DNA of 64,000 nucleotides from Maioricimonas rarisocia (GTDB lineage Bacteria > Planctomycetota > Planctomycetia > Planctomycetales > Planctomycetaceae). The stretch is from NCBI RefSeq assembly GCF_007747795.1, contig NZ_CP036275.1:2650853-2714852 (forward strand), written 5' to 3'. Of this stretch, positions 44,490-53,387 are shown piece after piece. The notes beneath the pieces were generated by a model. The model searched no databases and was not told the origin of the DNA. It saw nothing but the letters and a program-made list of their open reading frames with translations. Both the position numbers and the translations under genes were made by a program. Every line of letters begins with the position of its first letter. Positions within the stretch are counted from its first letter, which is position 1.

Positions 44490-47345
44490 ATGAAGACCCT
44501 CCTTGTCTCCCTCGCCCTGTGCAGTGTTGTTTCGGTTTCCCCGTCACTGGCGAATGATGCGTTGCTGCCGCTCCATCGCCAGATCGACGAGCTGACCGCA
44601 CGGCACGAGGTCGGCCCGGTCGCTCCTGCAGCAGAGGATGCCGAGTTCGTTCGACGGGTTTACGTGGACCTGACAGGTCGGATTCCGTCGGCGGAGGAGA
44701 CACGGGTATTCCTCGACGATTCGTCAGCGGAGAAGCGGACCGCACTGATCGACCGACTGCTGGAGAGTGACGAATGCATCCGTCACCTGGCCACCACACT
44801 CGACGTCATGCTGATGGAGCGACGCGGCGGGAAGCACGTAAAGATTGCCGAGTGGCGGGGCTGGCTCGAGCAGGCGCTGCGGGACGATGTTCCGCTGACA
44901 CAGATTGCGGCGGTCGTGCTGGCTGCCGACGGAACGGACGAAAAGGAGCGAGCCGCGGCTGCGTTCTACTTGGAACGGGAAGCGGAGCCGGATCTGCTGA
45001 CCCGCGACATCGGGCGGAAGTTCTTCGGCCGGGATCTGCAGTGTGCGCAGTGTCACAATCATCCGCTGATCGATGACTACTATCAGACGGACTACTACGG
45101 CATCAGGGCGTTCGTGGGCCGGTTGTCGCTGTTTCAGCCCGACAGGAAGAAGCCGGCTCTTCTGGGTGAAACGGCGGTGGGAGAGGCCGCGTTCAAGTCG
45201 GTGTTCACCGAACGCGAAGGCATGACCGGGCCGCGGTTGCCCGGAGGTGCGGAGCTCGCCCAGGTCGCACTGGCTCCCGATCAGCTCTACGAGGTTGCCC
45301 CGGCGAAGAACGTGCGGCCGGTTCCGAAGTTCAGCCGCCGCGAGAAGCTTGCCGAACTGGTGGCGGCGGGCGGCAATCGGGCGTTCGATCGGAACATGGC
45401 AAACCGGCTGTGGGCCATGATGATGGGACGCGGGATCGTCGACCCGGTCGATCTGCATCATTCCGACAATCCGCCGGCCCACCCCGAATTGCTCGATGCG
45501 CTGACGACATCTCTGGTCGGCATGGACTACAGCGTACGCGGCTTCCTTCGACAGATCGCACTGAGCCAGGCGTACCAGCGGTCGTCGATTCTGCCGGGCG
45601 AGTTCGCCTTCGATCCGGAAGCGGGGCGGGCGGAAATCGCTACGCTGCAATCGCAGGCAATGCAGTTGCGTGAGACGGCTTCGGAGGCAGATGCTCGGGC
45701 AGAGCAGGCGCTCGAGAAGCTGGACGCGGCGTTGCAGCAGGCACGACCGCTTCGCGACGAAACGAAGAAGGCAGCGGACGCCATTCTCGCGGCAGCGAAG
45801 ACTCGCGATGAAGCGGCTGCGAAAGTGGCGGAACATCAGAAGACAGTCACCGGCAAGCGGGCCATTCAGGTGGCCGTGCAGGCGGCCGCGTCCGCGACCA
45901 TGGGGGCGGTCAAGGCAGCGAAGGATGACAAGGAGCTGGCGCAGGCTCTGACGTTGCTGACGGGCAAGGCGACTCAGGTCGAGTCAGAGGTGGCCGCGGC
46001 AATCACGGCGCTCCAGGCGGCTCAGGGGACGGCCGGTAAGGCTGATGCGGCCCTGACAGCAGCCCGCCGGGCGTGGCAGGAAAAGTCGTCCGCGCTGGCC
46101 GGCGTGGAAGAGCAGGTCCGCAATCATCGTGCAGCGATGGTTGCCGCCCGCGAACAGGCGACCGGGCAGCGGACGCTGGCGAACCATGCGGATGAGCGTA
46201 GCGAGTTCCTGCAGACGCTGATTTCGTGGCGGGAACAGGAAACACAACTGGCCCGGCTTGCGGATCAGAAGGTCGCAGCCGGGGCGTCGCTGGCGAAGCT
46301 CGAGAGCCAGATGCCTCCACTGCAGCAGGCGGTGGCGGACTCCGAAAAGCATGTTGATGAATCGAAGAAACAGCTGGCCGCCGCACAGGCTGCCGCGAAG
46401 GCCGCCGATTCCGAGCTTCAGGCAGCCCGCGAGACAGCCGGTTTGCTGACGGAGTCGCTGGCGAAAGTCGAAGCGGCACGCAGCCGGCTGGAGGCGTCGG
46501 AGAATCTCGACGTCGTGGTGACGAAACTGGGCGACACCATCGAGAACTGGCAGGCGACCGTTGCCGGACGGGAAGACGCGCTCAAGGCGGCAACGGCTGC
46601 TCGGGCTGATGCGCAATCCGCAATGACGACCGCTGATGCTGAACTGAAGGCTGCCAGGGCGGCAATGGCCCAAGCTCAGGAGAAGGTGTCCGTACAGAAG
46701 CAGCAGATCGCGGAGCTGACGGCGCAAATCGAATCGACCCGCGCAGTCCGTGAGGAAACCTGGACGTCGATCAGTGACGATGCGGCAGCACGGTTTCACG
46801 TCGCGTCGCTGGTCGGACTGTCTCCCGAGCAGCTGACGAGGAGCCTGTTGACGGCGACCGGCCAGATCGACCGCATGCGTGCCGCGGCTGCCGCGAAGTA
46901 CGACAAGGACAATCCCCGCAAGGGAGACGATCCGTTGTCGGATGAAGCTGCGGCCGCTCGTTCGGCTGCCATCGATGCCGCAATTGAACAGGCCGTCGAC
47001 AAGGTGACGACCGGTTTCGTGAAGCTCTTCGGCAACGGTGCCGGCCAGCCGCAGGACGAATTCTTTGCAACGGTCGATCAGGCGCTGTTCATTGCCAACG
47101 GTGGCGAGATCCGCTCGTGGCTGTCGCCGGGAGGCGGCAACCTGACCGAGCGACTGGAGAAGCTGGAAGACTCTGCGGCGCTGGCCGAGGAATTGTACCT
47201 CGCGACACTGACGCGGCAGCCGACGCCGGAAGAGGCTGCCGATGTGGTCCGTTACCTCGAGGAACGGAAAGACGACCGTCGCGGCGCCATTCAGGAGCTG
47301 GCATGGGCCATGGTCAGCTCGGCGGAGTTCCGGTTCCGGCACTGA
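44490..47345 (+). CDS. DUF1549 - long Ala/Gln-rich coiled coil - DUF1553 protein
   Basis: Start MKTLLVSLALCSVVSVSPSLA. RRVYVDLTGRIPSAEE (DUF1549), CAQCHNHPLIDDYYQTDYYG (DUF1553 core). About 450 residues of AAKA/QAA heptad-like repeats. Minus-strand ORFs 44724..45836 and 45984..47342 are shadows. Confidence 0.85.
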   Translation: MKTLLVSLALCSVVSVSPSLANDALLPLHRQIDELTARHEVGPVAPAAEDAEFVRRVYVDLTGRIPSAEETRVFLDDSSAEKRTALIDRLLESDECIRHLATTLDVMLMERRGGKHVKIAEWRGWLEQALRDDVPLTQIAAVVLAADGTDEKERAAAAFYLEREAEPDLLTRDIGRKFFGRDLQCAQCHNHPLIDDYYQTDYYGIRAFVGRLSLFQPDRKKPALLGETAVGEAAFKSVFTEREGMTGPRLPGGAELAQVALAPDQLYEVAPAKNVRPVPKFSRREKLAELVAAGGNRAFDRNMANRLWAMMMGRGIVDPVDLHHSDNPPAHPELLDALTTSLVGMDYSVRGFLRQIALSQAYQRSSILPGEFAFDPEAGRAEIATLQSQAMQLRETASEADARAEQALEKLDAALQQARPLRDETKKAADAILAAAKTRDEAAAKVAEHQKTVTGKRAIQVAVQAAASATMGAVKAAKDDKELAQALTLLTGKATQVESEVAAAITALQAAQGTAGKADAALTAARRAWQEKSSALAGVEEQVRNHRAAMVAAREQATGQRTLANHADERSEFLQTLISWREQETQLARLADQKVAAGASLAKLESQMPPLQQAVADSEKHVDESKKQLAAAQAAAKAADSELQAARETAGLLTESLAKVEAARSRLEASENLDVVVTKLGDTIENWQATVAGREDALKAATAARADAQSAMTTADAELKAARAAMAQAQEKVSVQKQQIAELTAQIESTRAVREETWTSISDDAAARFHVASLVGLSPEQLTRSLLTATGQIDRMRAAAAAKYDKDNPRKGDDPLSDEAAAARSAAIDAAIEQAVDKVTTGFVKLFGNGAGQPQDEFFATVDQALFIANGGEIRSWLSPGGGNLTERLEKLEDSAALAEELYLATLTRQPTPEEAADVVRYLEERKDDRRGAIQELAWAMVSSAEFRFRH

Positions 47346-47436
47346 GCCCTTGCGGCGGAAGCAGACTAGACATCATGTGCGGGTTGGATCAGGCGGCAGG
47401 GAGCCGCATCAATACACCGCTGAAGGAGGAGTCGAC

Positions 47437-48708
47437 ATGAAGTGCGATTATGCCTGTCAGTCAGTCGATCATCAGATGGCCCGTCGGGACTTTCTGGGCA
47501 CGCTTGCCGGCGGCTTCGTCGTCGGTGGCCTGGGAGCGCTGACCAGTCCGCTGGCGGCCGCTCATCTCAAGCGGGAGCAGATGCGGGTCCTTGTGGTCTT
47601 CATGTCCGGAGGTCTGAGCCAACTGGAAAGCTGGGATCCGAAGCCGAAGACCGACACGGGGGGGCCATTTCGTGCCATTCCGACGGCCGTTCCCGGCATG
47701 CACATCAGCGAACTGTTGCCGCAGACGGCGCTGCACATGGACAAGCTCGCGCTGATCCGCAGCATCAACACCCGCAACGGCGACCACAGCAAGGGCCGCC
47801 ATCAGATGGAGCGGGGCCGCAATCAGATGCCCGGCCAGGACTTTCCCCACCTGGGGGCCGTCGTAGCGAAGTCGCTGGAACGGTCCGACAACCCGCTGCC
47901 CGGACACATTCGCGTACCGGGTGGTGGACGGGGGAGTGACGCGGCCTATCTGGGGCCTCGGTACAACAGCATCGGCGTCAATGGACAGCCGCCGGCCAAC
48001 TCGGCCCGGGCAGGCTCTCTGTCGGAACAGGCCGACCAGGCCCGCAACGACTTCCGCCGTCGCCTCAACGACCGGTTCATGCAACAGCGACGAACCGCTG
48101 AGACCGACGTGTACCTGCAGAGCTACGAGCAGGCCCTGCAGCTGATGGAACGTCGTGATGTCTTCGACGTCGAGAAGGAACCGGCGAAGGAGCACGAACG
48201 TTACGGGGACTCGGAATTCGGCAAACACTGTCTGATGTCCCGCCGGCTGCTCGAGCACGGGATTCCCTTCGTGCAGGTGTCGCATTCCAACTACGACACC
48301 CACAACGAGAACTTTAACTTCCACCTTGAACAGCTCGGGGAATTCGACCGCGGATTCTCGGCCCTCATCGGCGACCTGCACGAGCGTGGCATGTTGGAAT
48401 CGACGCTGGTCGTTGTGATGTCGGAGTTCGGACGGACGCCGCGCATCAACGCCCGTTTTGGTCGGGATCATTGGGGGAACGCGTGGTCCGTCTGTGTCGG
48501 CGGGGCACGGATTCAGCCCGGCGCGATCATCGGCAAAACGAACGAGAACGGGACGGCGGTCGTCGATCGCGAAGTGAATCACGGCGACCTGTTCCATACG
48601 TATCTGTCAGCGGTCGGACTCGACTCGTCCGATTCGTTCGACATTGGTGGGCGTTCGCAGCCGCTGGCCGACCCGGCACACGTACCGATTCATGAACTGT
48701 TGAGCTGA
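47437..48708 (+). CDS. DUF1501 domain protein
   Basis: ATG 47437 with AAGGAGGA RBS. RRDFLGTLAGG Tat-like. VVFMSGGLSQLESWDPKP...VMSEFGRTPRIN, DUF1501. Confidence 0.9.
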   Translation: MKCDYACQSVDHQMARRDFLGTLAGGFVVGGLGALTSPLAAAHLKREQMRVLVVFMSGGLSQLESWDPKPKTDTGGPFRAIPTAVPGMHISELLPQTALHMDKLALIRSINTRNGDHSKGRHQMERGRNQMPGQDFPHLGAVVAKSLERSDNPLPGHIRVPGGGRGSDAAYLGPRYNSIGVNGQPPANSARAGSLSEQADQARNDFRRRLNDRFMQQRRTAETDVYLQSYEQALQLMERRDVFDVEKEPAKEHERYGDSEFGKHCLMSRRLLEHGIPFVQVSHSNYDTHNENFNFHLEQLGEFDRGFSALIGDLHERGMLESTLVVVMSEFGRTPRINARFGRDHWGNAWSVCVGGARIQPGAIIGKTNENGTAVVDREVNHGDLFHTYLSAVGLDSSDSFDIGGRSQPLADPAHVPIHELLS

Positions 48709-48787
48709 TCGCGACTTCAACGGGGAACCGATGACGCAGGACCAGTTCCGGCCTGCGGTTCTGCCCACCTGAGGACATTTCGCTTCG

Positions 48788-49774
48788 ATGCTGGATCCCA
48801 CGAACACGCATGTCGTCCATGAATGGAAACATGGCCGCCCGCTGATTGCCTGCAGTTTCGATCCGCAGGGGCGGTATCTGCTGACCAGCTCCGAGGACTA
48901 CTCGCTGCAGCGATGGTCACTGGCTTCCGGTGAGGCCGTGAAGTGGGAAGCCCATGACAGCTGGGTGATGGATCTGGCCTGCCTGCCGGACGGAGAGATG
49001 TTTCTCTCGGCCGGTTGCGACGATCGTGTGATCCTGTGGCCGAATGCCGAGGGGACGCCGGCCCCGATTCGCGAGATTCACGCTCACAAGGGGTGGGTGC
49101 GGAGTGTCGACGTCAGTCCGGACGGGACGCTGTTCGCGACCGGAGGCAACGATCATCTCGTGAAGGTCTGGTCGGTGGCCGAGGGACGGACCGTTCTCGA
49201 GCTTTCCGGCCACGACAGCCACGTCTACAGCGTGAAGTTTCATCCGTCCGGAACGTGGCTGCTGTCGGGAGATCTGAGCGGCAAGATCCTTCAGTGGGAA
49301 GTCGCGTCCGGCAAGTTGCTGCGAACGTTGGACGCGGCCGATCTGCACTCGTTCAACAGCGGACAGAAAGTGCACTACGGCGGCGTACGCGATATTGCGA
49401 TCAGTCCCGACCTGAAGCAGCTGGCCTGCTGCGGCCTGCACAAGGCGACGAACCCGCTCGGCGCCGTGAATGAACCTCTGACGGTTCTCTTCGACTGGGA
49501 GACGGGCGAGAAACAGCGCACGCAGCCGACCGATGGAGTCCGCGGAGTTGCCTGGAAGATCGAGTATCTGGCTTCGGGCGAAATCCTCACGGCGTCCGGC
49601 GGAGCGGGGGGCGGCTTCCTGATCTTCGGCAAGCCGGCTGAGGAGAAGACGTATCACAAGCTGAAGCTGAAAGACACCCTGCGTGACATGTGCCTGCACC
49701 CGGATGGTCTGCAGGTCGCGACCGCCCATCACGACGGGCACGTGCGGATCAGCCGCCTTGCTGCCGACGGCTGA
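48788..49774 (+). CDS. WD40-repeat beta-propeller protein
   Basis: Repeated ...GHDSHVYSVKFHPSGTWLLSGDLSGKILQWEV..., ...HKGWVRSVDVSPDGTLFATGGNDHLVKVWSV... WD units. Confidence 0.85.
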   Translation: MLDPTNTHVVHEWKHGRPLIACSFDPQGRYLLTSSEDYSLQRWSLASGEAVKWEAHDSWVMDLACLPDGEMFLSAGCDDRVILWPNAEGTPAPIREIHAHKGWVRSVDVSPDGTLFATGGNDHLVKVWSVAEGRTVLELSGHDSHVYSVKFHPSGTWLLSGDLSGKILQWEVASGKLLRTLDAADLHSFNSGQKVHYGGVRDIAISPDLKQLACCGLHKATNPLGAVNEPLTVLFDWETGEKQRTQPTDGVRGVAWKIEYLASGEILTASGGAGGGFLIFGKPAEEKTYHKLKLKDTLRDMCLHPDGLQVATAHHDGHVRISRLAADG

Positions 49775-49799
49775 TCCGGTTTCCGGCTGCTCAGCGCCG

Positions 49800-50489
49800 T
49801 TACTTCTCCGGCCGCTCCACGCGCTTTCCGAGCAGCTTGATGTTGTCGAAGTTGCCGGTGTCGTCGAACGATCCGATGCCGACCTGTCCCCAGGTAAAGG
49901 TCTTGTCGGTGGCGGTCATCACCGGCTCCTCCATGTTGTCGAAGAAGACTTCGATCAGGCCGGTCTCGACGTTCCGTTTGATCCGAGCGTGATGCCACTG
50001 GTCATCCCAGGGAGTTCCCTCGGTGGTCTTCGTTGAGATCTTCGTCCGGGGGACTTCATTGACGATGAAAACCTGGTTGGCGTGATCGTCGGTTCGCTGA
50101 CCCAGGTGGACGTAGTAGAAGTGCGACGGGTCCTGGTAGCCGAAGAAAAGGCAGAGGCTGCGGTGCGGATAATCCCGGGCGGTCGACTGCAGATCGACAT
50201 CGAGCTGGAAGTCGCTGACGATTACATCCTTGAGGACGCAGCGATTGAACGGTGAGCGAACCGGCGTCTTCACGTCACTCTGCTTGAACTGATTGAAAAC
50301 GTGGTTGCCGTCCTGCTCGGCCAGCCGCCATGCTTCTGGATCGGCAGGATCCCATCGGCTGGTGTCGGCGGATTCGAAGTCGTCGGAGTAGACGACCGGC
50401 AGGTCCTCGGCGATCGCTGTCGCGGCCAGGACGGGCAGGCAAACCAGAGCAAGGAGTGCTGGCTTCAGGACGCAGTGACCGGTGGACAT
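49800..50489 (-). CDS. DUF1080 (3-keto-disaccharide hydrolase-like, LamG fold) secreted protein
   Basis: With signal peptide. WRLAEQDGNHVFNQ...DFQLDVDLQ...HARIKRNVETGLIEVFFDN pattern of DUF1080. Confidence 0.8.
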   Translation of the reverse strand: MSTGHCVLKPALLALVCLPVLAATAIAEDLPVVYSDDFESADTSRWDPADPEAWRLAEQDGNHVFNQFKQSDVKTPVRSPFNRCVLKDVIVSDFQLDVDLQSTARDYPHRSLCLFFGYQDPSHFYYVHLGQRTDDHANQVFIVNEVPRTKISTKTTEGTPWDDQWHHARIKRNVETGLIEVFFDNMEEPVMTATDKTFTWGQVGIGSFDDTGNFDNIKLLGKRVERPEK

Positions 50490-50746
50490 GGGCGAGCCCT
50501 TGTGAGTTGGTGTTGGGGGGGGGCGTTGAACGACGATTTCTGCTGAAGCAGCCTACGCCGGGCGTTTGCCGGTTTGCAAGCGGGTCGTGCGTTGTCGACG
50601 AGTACCTCCCGGCATGCACTCGCTGACGCCTCGAAGCGGTAAGTTTCCAGGCGTCCGCGTTCCCGACGACAAGCCGCCCGCGCCCCCGGTACACTTGTTC
50701 CTTCCGCACGGTCACTCTCGCCTGCACCGAATAAGGATGATCTCCC

Positions 50747-52912
50747 ATGCGCTCCGCAGTCGTATGTCGTCCCGGTTTCGTTCTGTTGATCGTCATCGCC
50801 ATTGGCATTCGGCCCGCGTGGTCAGCAGAGAGACGGCCGAACGTGCTGTTCGTGGCCATCGACGACCTTAACGACTGGGTGGGCTGCCTGGGCGGGCATC
50901 CGCAGGCAAAGACGCCGAACATCGACCGGCTGGCGGCGCGCGGAATGTTGTTCACGAACGCGCACTGTTCCGCATCGTTGTGCAATCCGTCCCGGGCGAG
51001 CGTCATGACGGGGACGCTGCCGTCGACCAACGGCGTGCATGGCAATCAACAGGACTGGCGCAGGTCGCCGTACCTCGAAGGACATCCGACGCTGCCGGAA
51101 TTCTTTCGTCAGCAAGGCTACTGGACCGGGGCGTGCGGGAAGATCTTTCATGCCAATCACGGCGGCGAATGCGGGGCGCTGAACGGCGGGCACGGAGGAC
51201 TGCGGGGCTTCAATCATCCCGAGTCGTGGACCGAACGGTTTCCTTCGAAAAATCAGCAGCTCGCCAAGCTGCCGGTGATGACCGGGCGGAACTTCAACGG
51301 GCTCGAAACCTGGCACTGGGACTGGGCGGCAATCGATGTCGCCGATGACGAAACCGAGGATGGTCAGGCGGCGGCCTGGGCGGAGTCGATGCTCCGGGAG
51401 CGGGAAGACGAGCCGTTCTTTCTCGCGGTGGGAATCTACAAGCCGCACGGTCCCTGGTACTGTCCGCCGGCGTACTTCGAGCAGCATCCGCTGGAGTCAA
51501 TCCGGTTGCCGCAGCTCAACCCCGCGAACGATCTCGACGACGTGCCGGCGATCGCGAAGCGGCATCTGGGGAGCTACTTCGGCGACTATCACAGCCGGAT
51601 TCTCGAGCAGGGTCTGTACGAGTCGGCCGTACAGGCGTACCTGGCGAACGTGACGTTTGCGGATGCGATGCTGGGGCGCGTGCTGGACGCACTCGATGCC
51701 CGTGACGACGCAGACGAGACCGTCATCGTGCTGTGGTCGGATCATGGCTGGCATCTGGGGGAGAAACAGAAATGGCACAAGGGGACCAACTGGGAAGAAG
51801 GGACGCGGGTCCCGCTGATTGTCGTCGCCCCGGGCGTTGCCGAGCCGGGCAGCCGGTGCGATGAGCCGGTCAGCCTGGTCGATCTCTACCCCACCCTGCT
51901 GGATCTGACCGGCCTGCCGAACGTCGATGGGCTCGACGGTGAGAGCCTGGTTCCGCAGCTGCAGAATCCTCGGGCGGAGCGTGAACGGCCCGCGTACACG
52001 ATCAACGGAGGCCGGCACCAGTCAGTCCGGTCGAAGCGGTGGCGATACGTCCGCTATGCCGACGGCAGCGAGGAGCTGTACGACCATCAGAGCGATCCGA
52101 CCGAGTACACGAACCTGGCCGACCGGCGTGAGTATGCGGAGCTGAAGCAGGAGTTGGCGGCGTGGTTTCCAGAGGAGATCCGCCGGGTCGAGTACCGGAG
52201 CGAGCCGCCGCTCGAAGCGGGGTTCCGGCCGTTGTTCAACGGTTACGACCTGACCAGCTGGGAGGGGGACCCGTCGCTGTGGCGGGTGGAGGACGGGAAG
52301 ATCGTCGGCGAGACGACCGAAGGCGCTCCCCTGCCCCACAATTCGTTCCTCGTTTGGCGCGGCGCAACGTTGCGGGATTTCGAATTGCGGCTGCGGGTGC
52401 GCGTCATTGGTGAATACAACTCGGGAATCCAGTATCGCTCGCGGGATCTGGCGGATCGGAGCGACTACGTCGTCGGAGGGTACCAGTGCGATCTGCATCC
52501 CGATCCGGAGAAGCTGGGGATGCTGTACGAGGAGAAGGGTCGCGGCATCATTGCCGGGCGGGAAGAGAAGGTCCTGGTGACGCAGGACGGGAGGCGGTTC
52601 CTTACCGGCAGCTCGCCCGAAGACGTACGGCCGGTGAACCTGGGGGAGTGGAATGATGTCACGATTATCGCCCGCGGGGACCGGCTGGTTCACAAGGTAA
52701 ACGGGCATGTTGCTTGCGAAGTGTTCGATGCGGACGAGGAGCGGGGGACGTCGTCGGGGCTGCTGGCGATCCAGCTCCACAGGGGGGCCCCGATGCGGGT
52801 GGAAGTCGCCGATGTCCGCCTGAGAGAGATGGCTCCCCCGCCGGAAGACGTTGCCGGAATTGAGGTTCCGGCCGACGCACAGGAGCGGCCCTGGCCCCGG
52901 CGGAGGCGTTGA
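50747..52912 (+). CDS. Sulfatase (formylglycine-dependent) fused to C-terminal DUF1080 domain
   Basis: NVLFVAIDDLNDW, CSASLCNPSRASVMTG (C-x-P-x-R FGly motif), GKIFHANHGG. C-terminal FRPLFNGYDLTSWEGDPSLWRVEDGKIVGETT...LLAIQLHRGAPMRVEVADVRL (DUF1080). Minus-strand ORF 52022..53161 is a shadow. Confidence 0.85.
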   Translation: MRSAVVCRPGFVLLIVIAIGIRPAWSAERRPNVLFVAIDDLNDWVGCLGGHPQAKTPNIDRLAARGMLFTNAHCSASLCNPSRASVMTGTLPSTNGVHGNQQDWRRSPYLEGHPTLPEFFRQQGYWTGACGKIFHANHGGECGALNGGHGGLRGFNHPESWTERFPSKNQQLAKLPVMTGRNFNGLETWHWDWAAIDVADDETEDGQAAAWAESMLREREDEPFFLAVGIYKPHGPWYCPPAYFEQHPLESIRLPQLNPANDLDDVPAIAKRHLGSYFGDYHSRILEQGLYESAVQAYLANVTFADAMLGRVLDALDARDDADETVIVLWSDHGWHLGEKQKWHKGTNWEEGTRVPLIVVAPGVAEPGSRCDEPVSLVDLYPTLLDLTGLPNVDGLDGESLVPQLQNPRAERERPAYTINGGRHQSVRSKRWRYVRYADGSEELYDHQSDPTEYTNLADRREYAELKQELAAWFPEEIRRVEYRSEPPLEAGFRPLFNGYDLTSWEGDPSLWRVEDGKIVGETTEGAPLPHNSFLVWRGATLRDFELRLRVRVIGEYNSGIQYRSRDLADRSDYVVGGYQCDLHPDPEKLGMLYEEKGRGIIAGREEKVLVTQDGRRFLTGSSPEDVRPVNLGEWNDVTIIARGDRLVHKVNGHVACEVFDADEERGTSSGLLAIQLHRGAPMRVEVADVRLREMAPPPEDVAGIEVPADAQERPWPRRRR

Positions 52913-53192
52913 CACCTCATCAGGCCCCAATCTTCTTCGCATCGAGAGGGCCCGGCAGCAGCTGTCGCGCACCGGGTGTACGATGATGAGGCGATGTGTG
53001 CGAAAATGCTCCACGTGTATCAAAGTCGCCCAACTGTGTGCAGGGACGTGATTTGAGCTCGGATTTCGTATCTGAAACAGGGTAAAGAGGTTGCGGAAAA
53101 ATTGATTTCGTTGTGAGTTTTGGCATTCGAAATGCATCTTAAGAAAGTGCCGTCGCGGCAAGCGTTGGCCCGCACTTGTCGCTTCGGTTCAA

Positions 53193-53229
53193 AGCGTTTC
53201 GAGCGCCCGCTCGGAACGCTTTTTTTTAT
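53193..53229 (+). terminator. Rho-independent terminator (13-bp GC-rich stem, T8 tail)
   Basis: AGCGTTTCGAGCG-CC-CGCTCGGAACGCT followed by TTTTTTTT, in an unusually AT-rich intergenic region 280 nt downstream of the sulfatase stop. Confidence 0.55.
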
Positions 53230-53387
53230 GCGCTCCCGCTCCTGACTCGGCGGGATGGCGTTCGCCCTCACGCTGCCGGATCGGGTAGAATGATGGTCGG
53301 CACTGTCGCAGGGCCCTTCCTCGCCGACAGTTCCGCGCGCCGTCGTCGGATTGGGCAATCTTCCGCGTCAGGAGCCGTGCCGATCTC

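Noticed and set aside
44724-48597. Minus-strand ORFs 44724..45836, 45984..47342, 47461..48597
   Set aside because: Shadows of the DUF1549-coiled-coil-DUF1553 and DUF1501 genes on the plus strand.
48917-49741. Minus-strand ORF 48917..49741
   Set aside because: Shadow of the WD40 gene.
52022-53161. Minus-strand ORF 52022..53161 (379 aa)
   Set aside because: Shadow of the sulfatase-DUF1080 gene. It extends into the AT-rich intergenic region.
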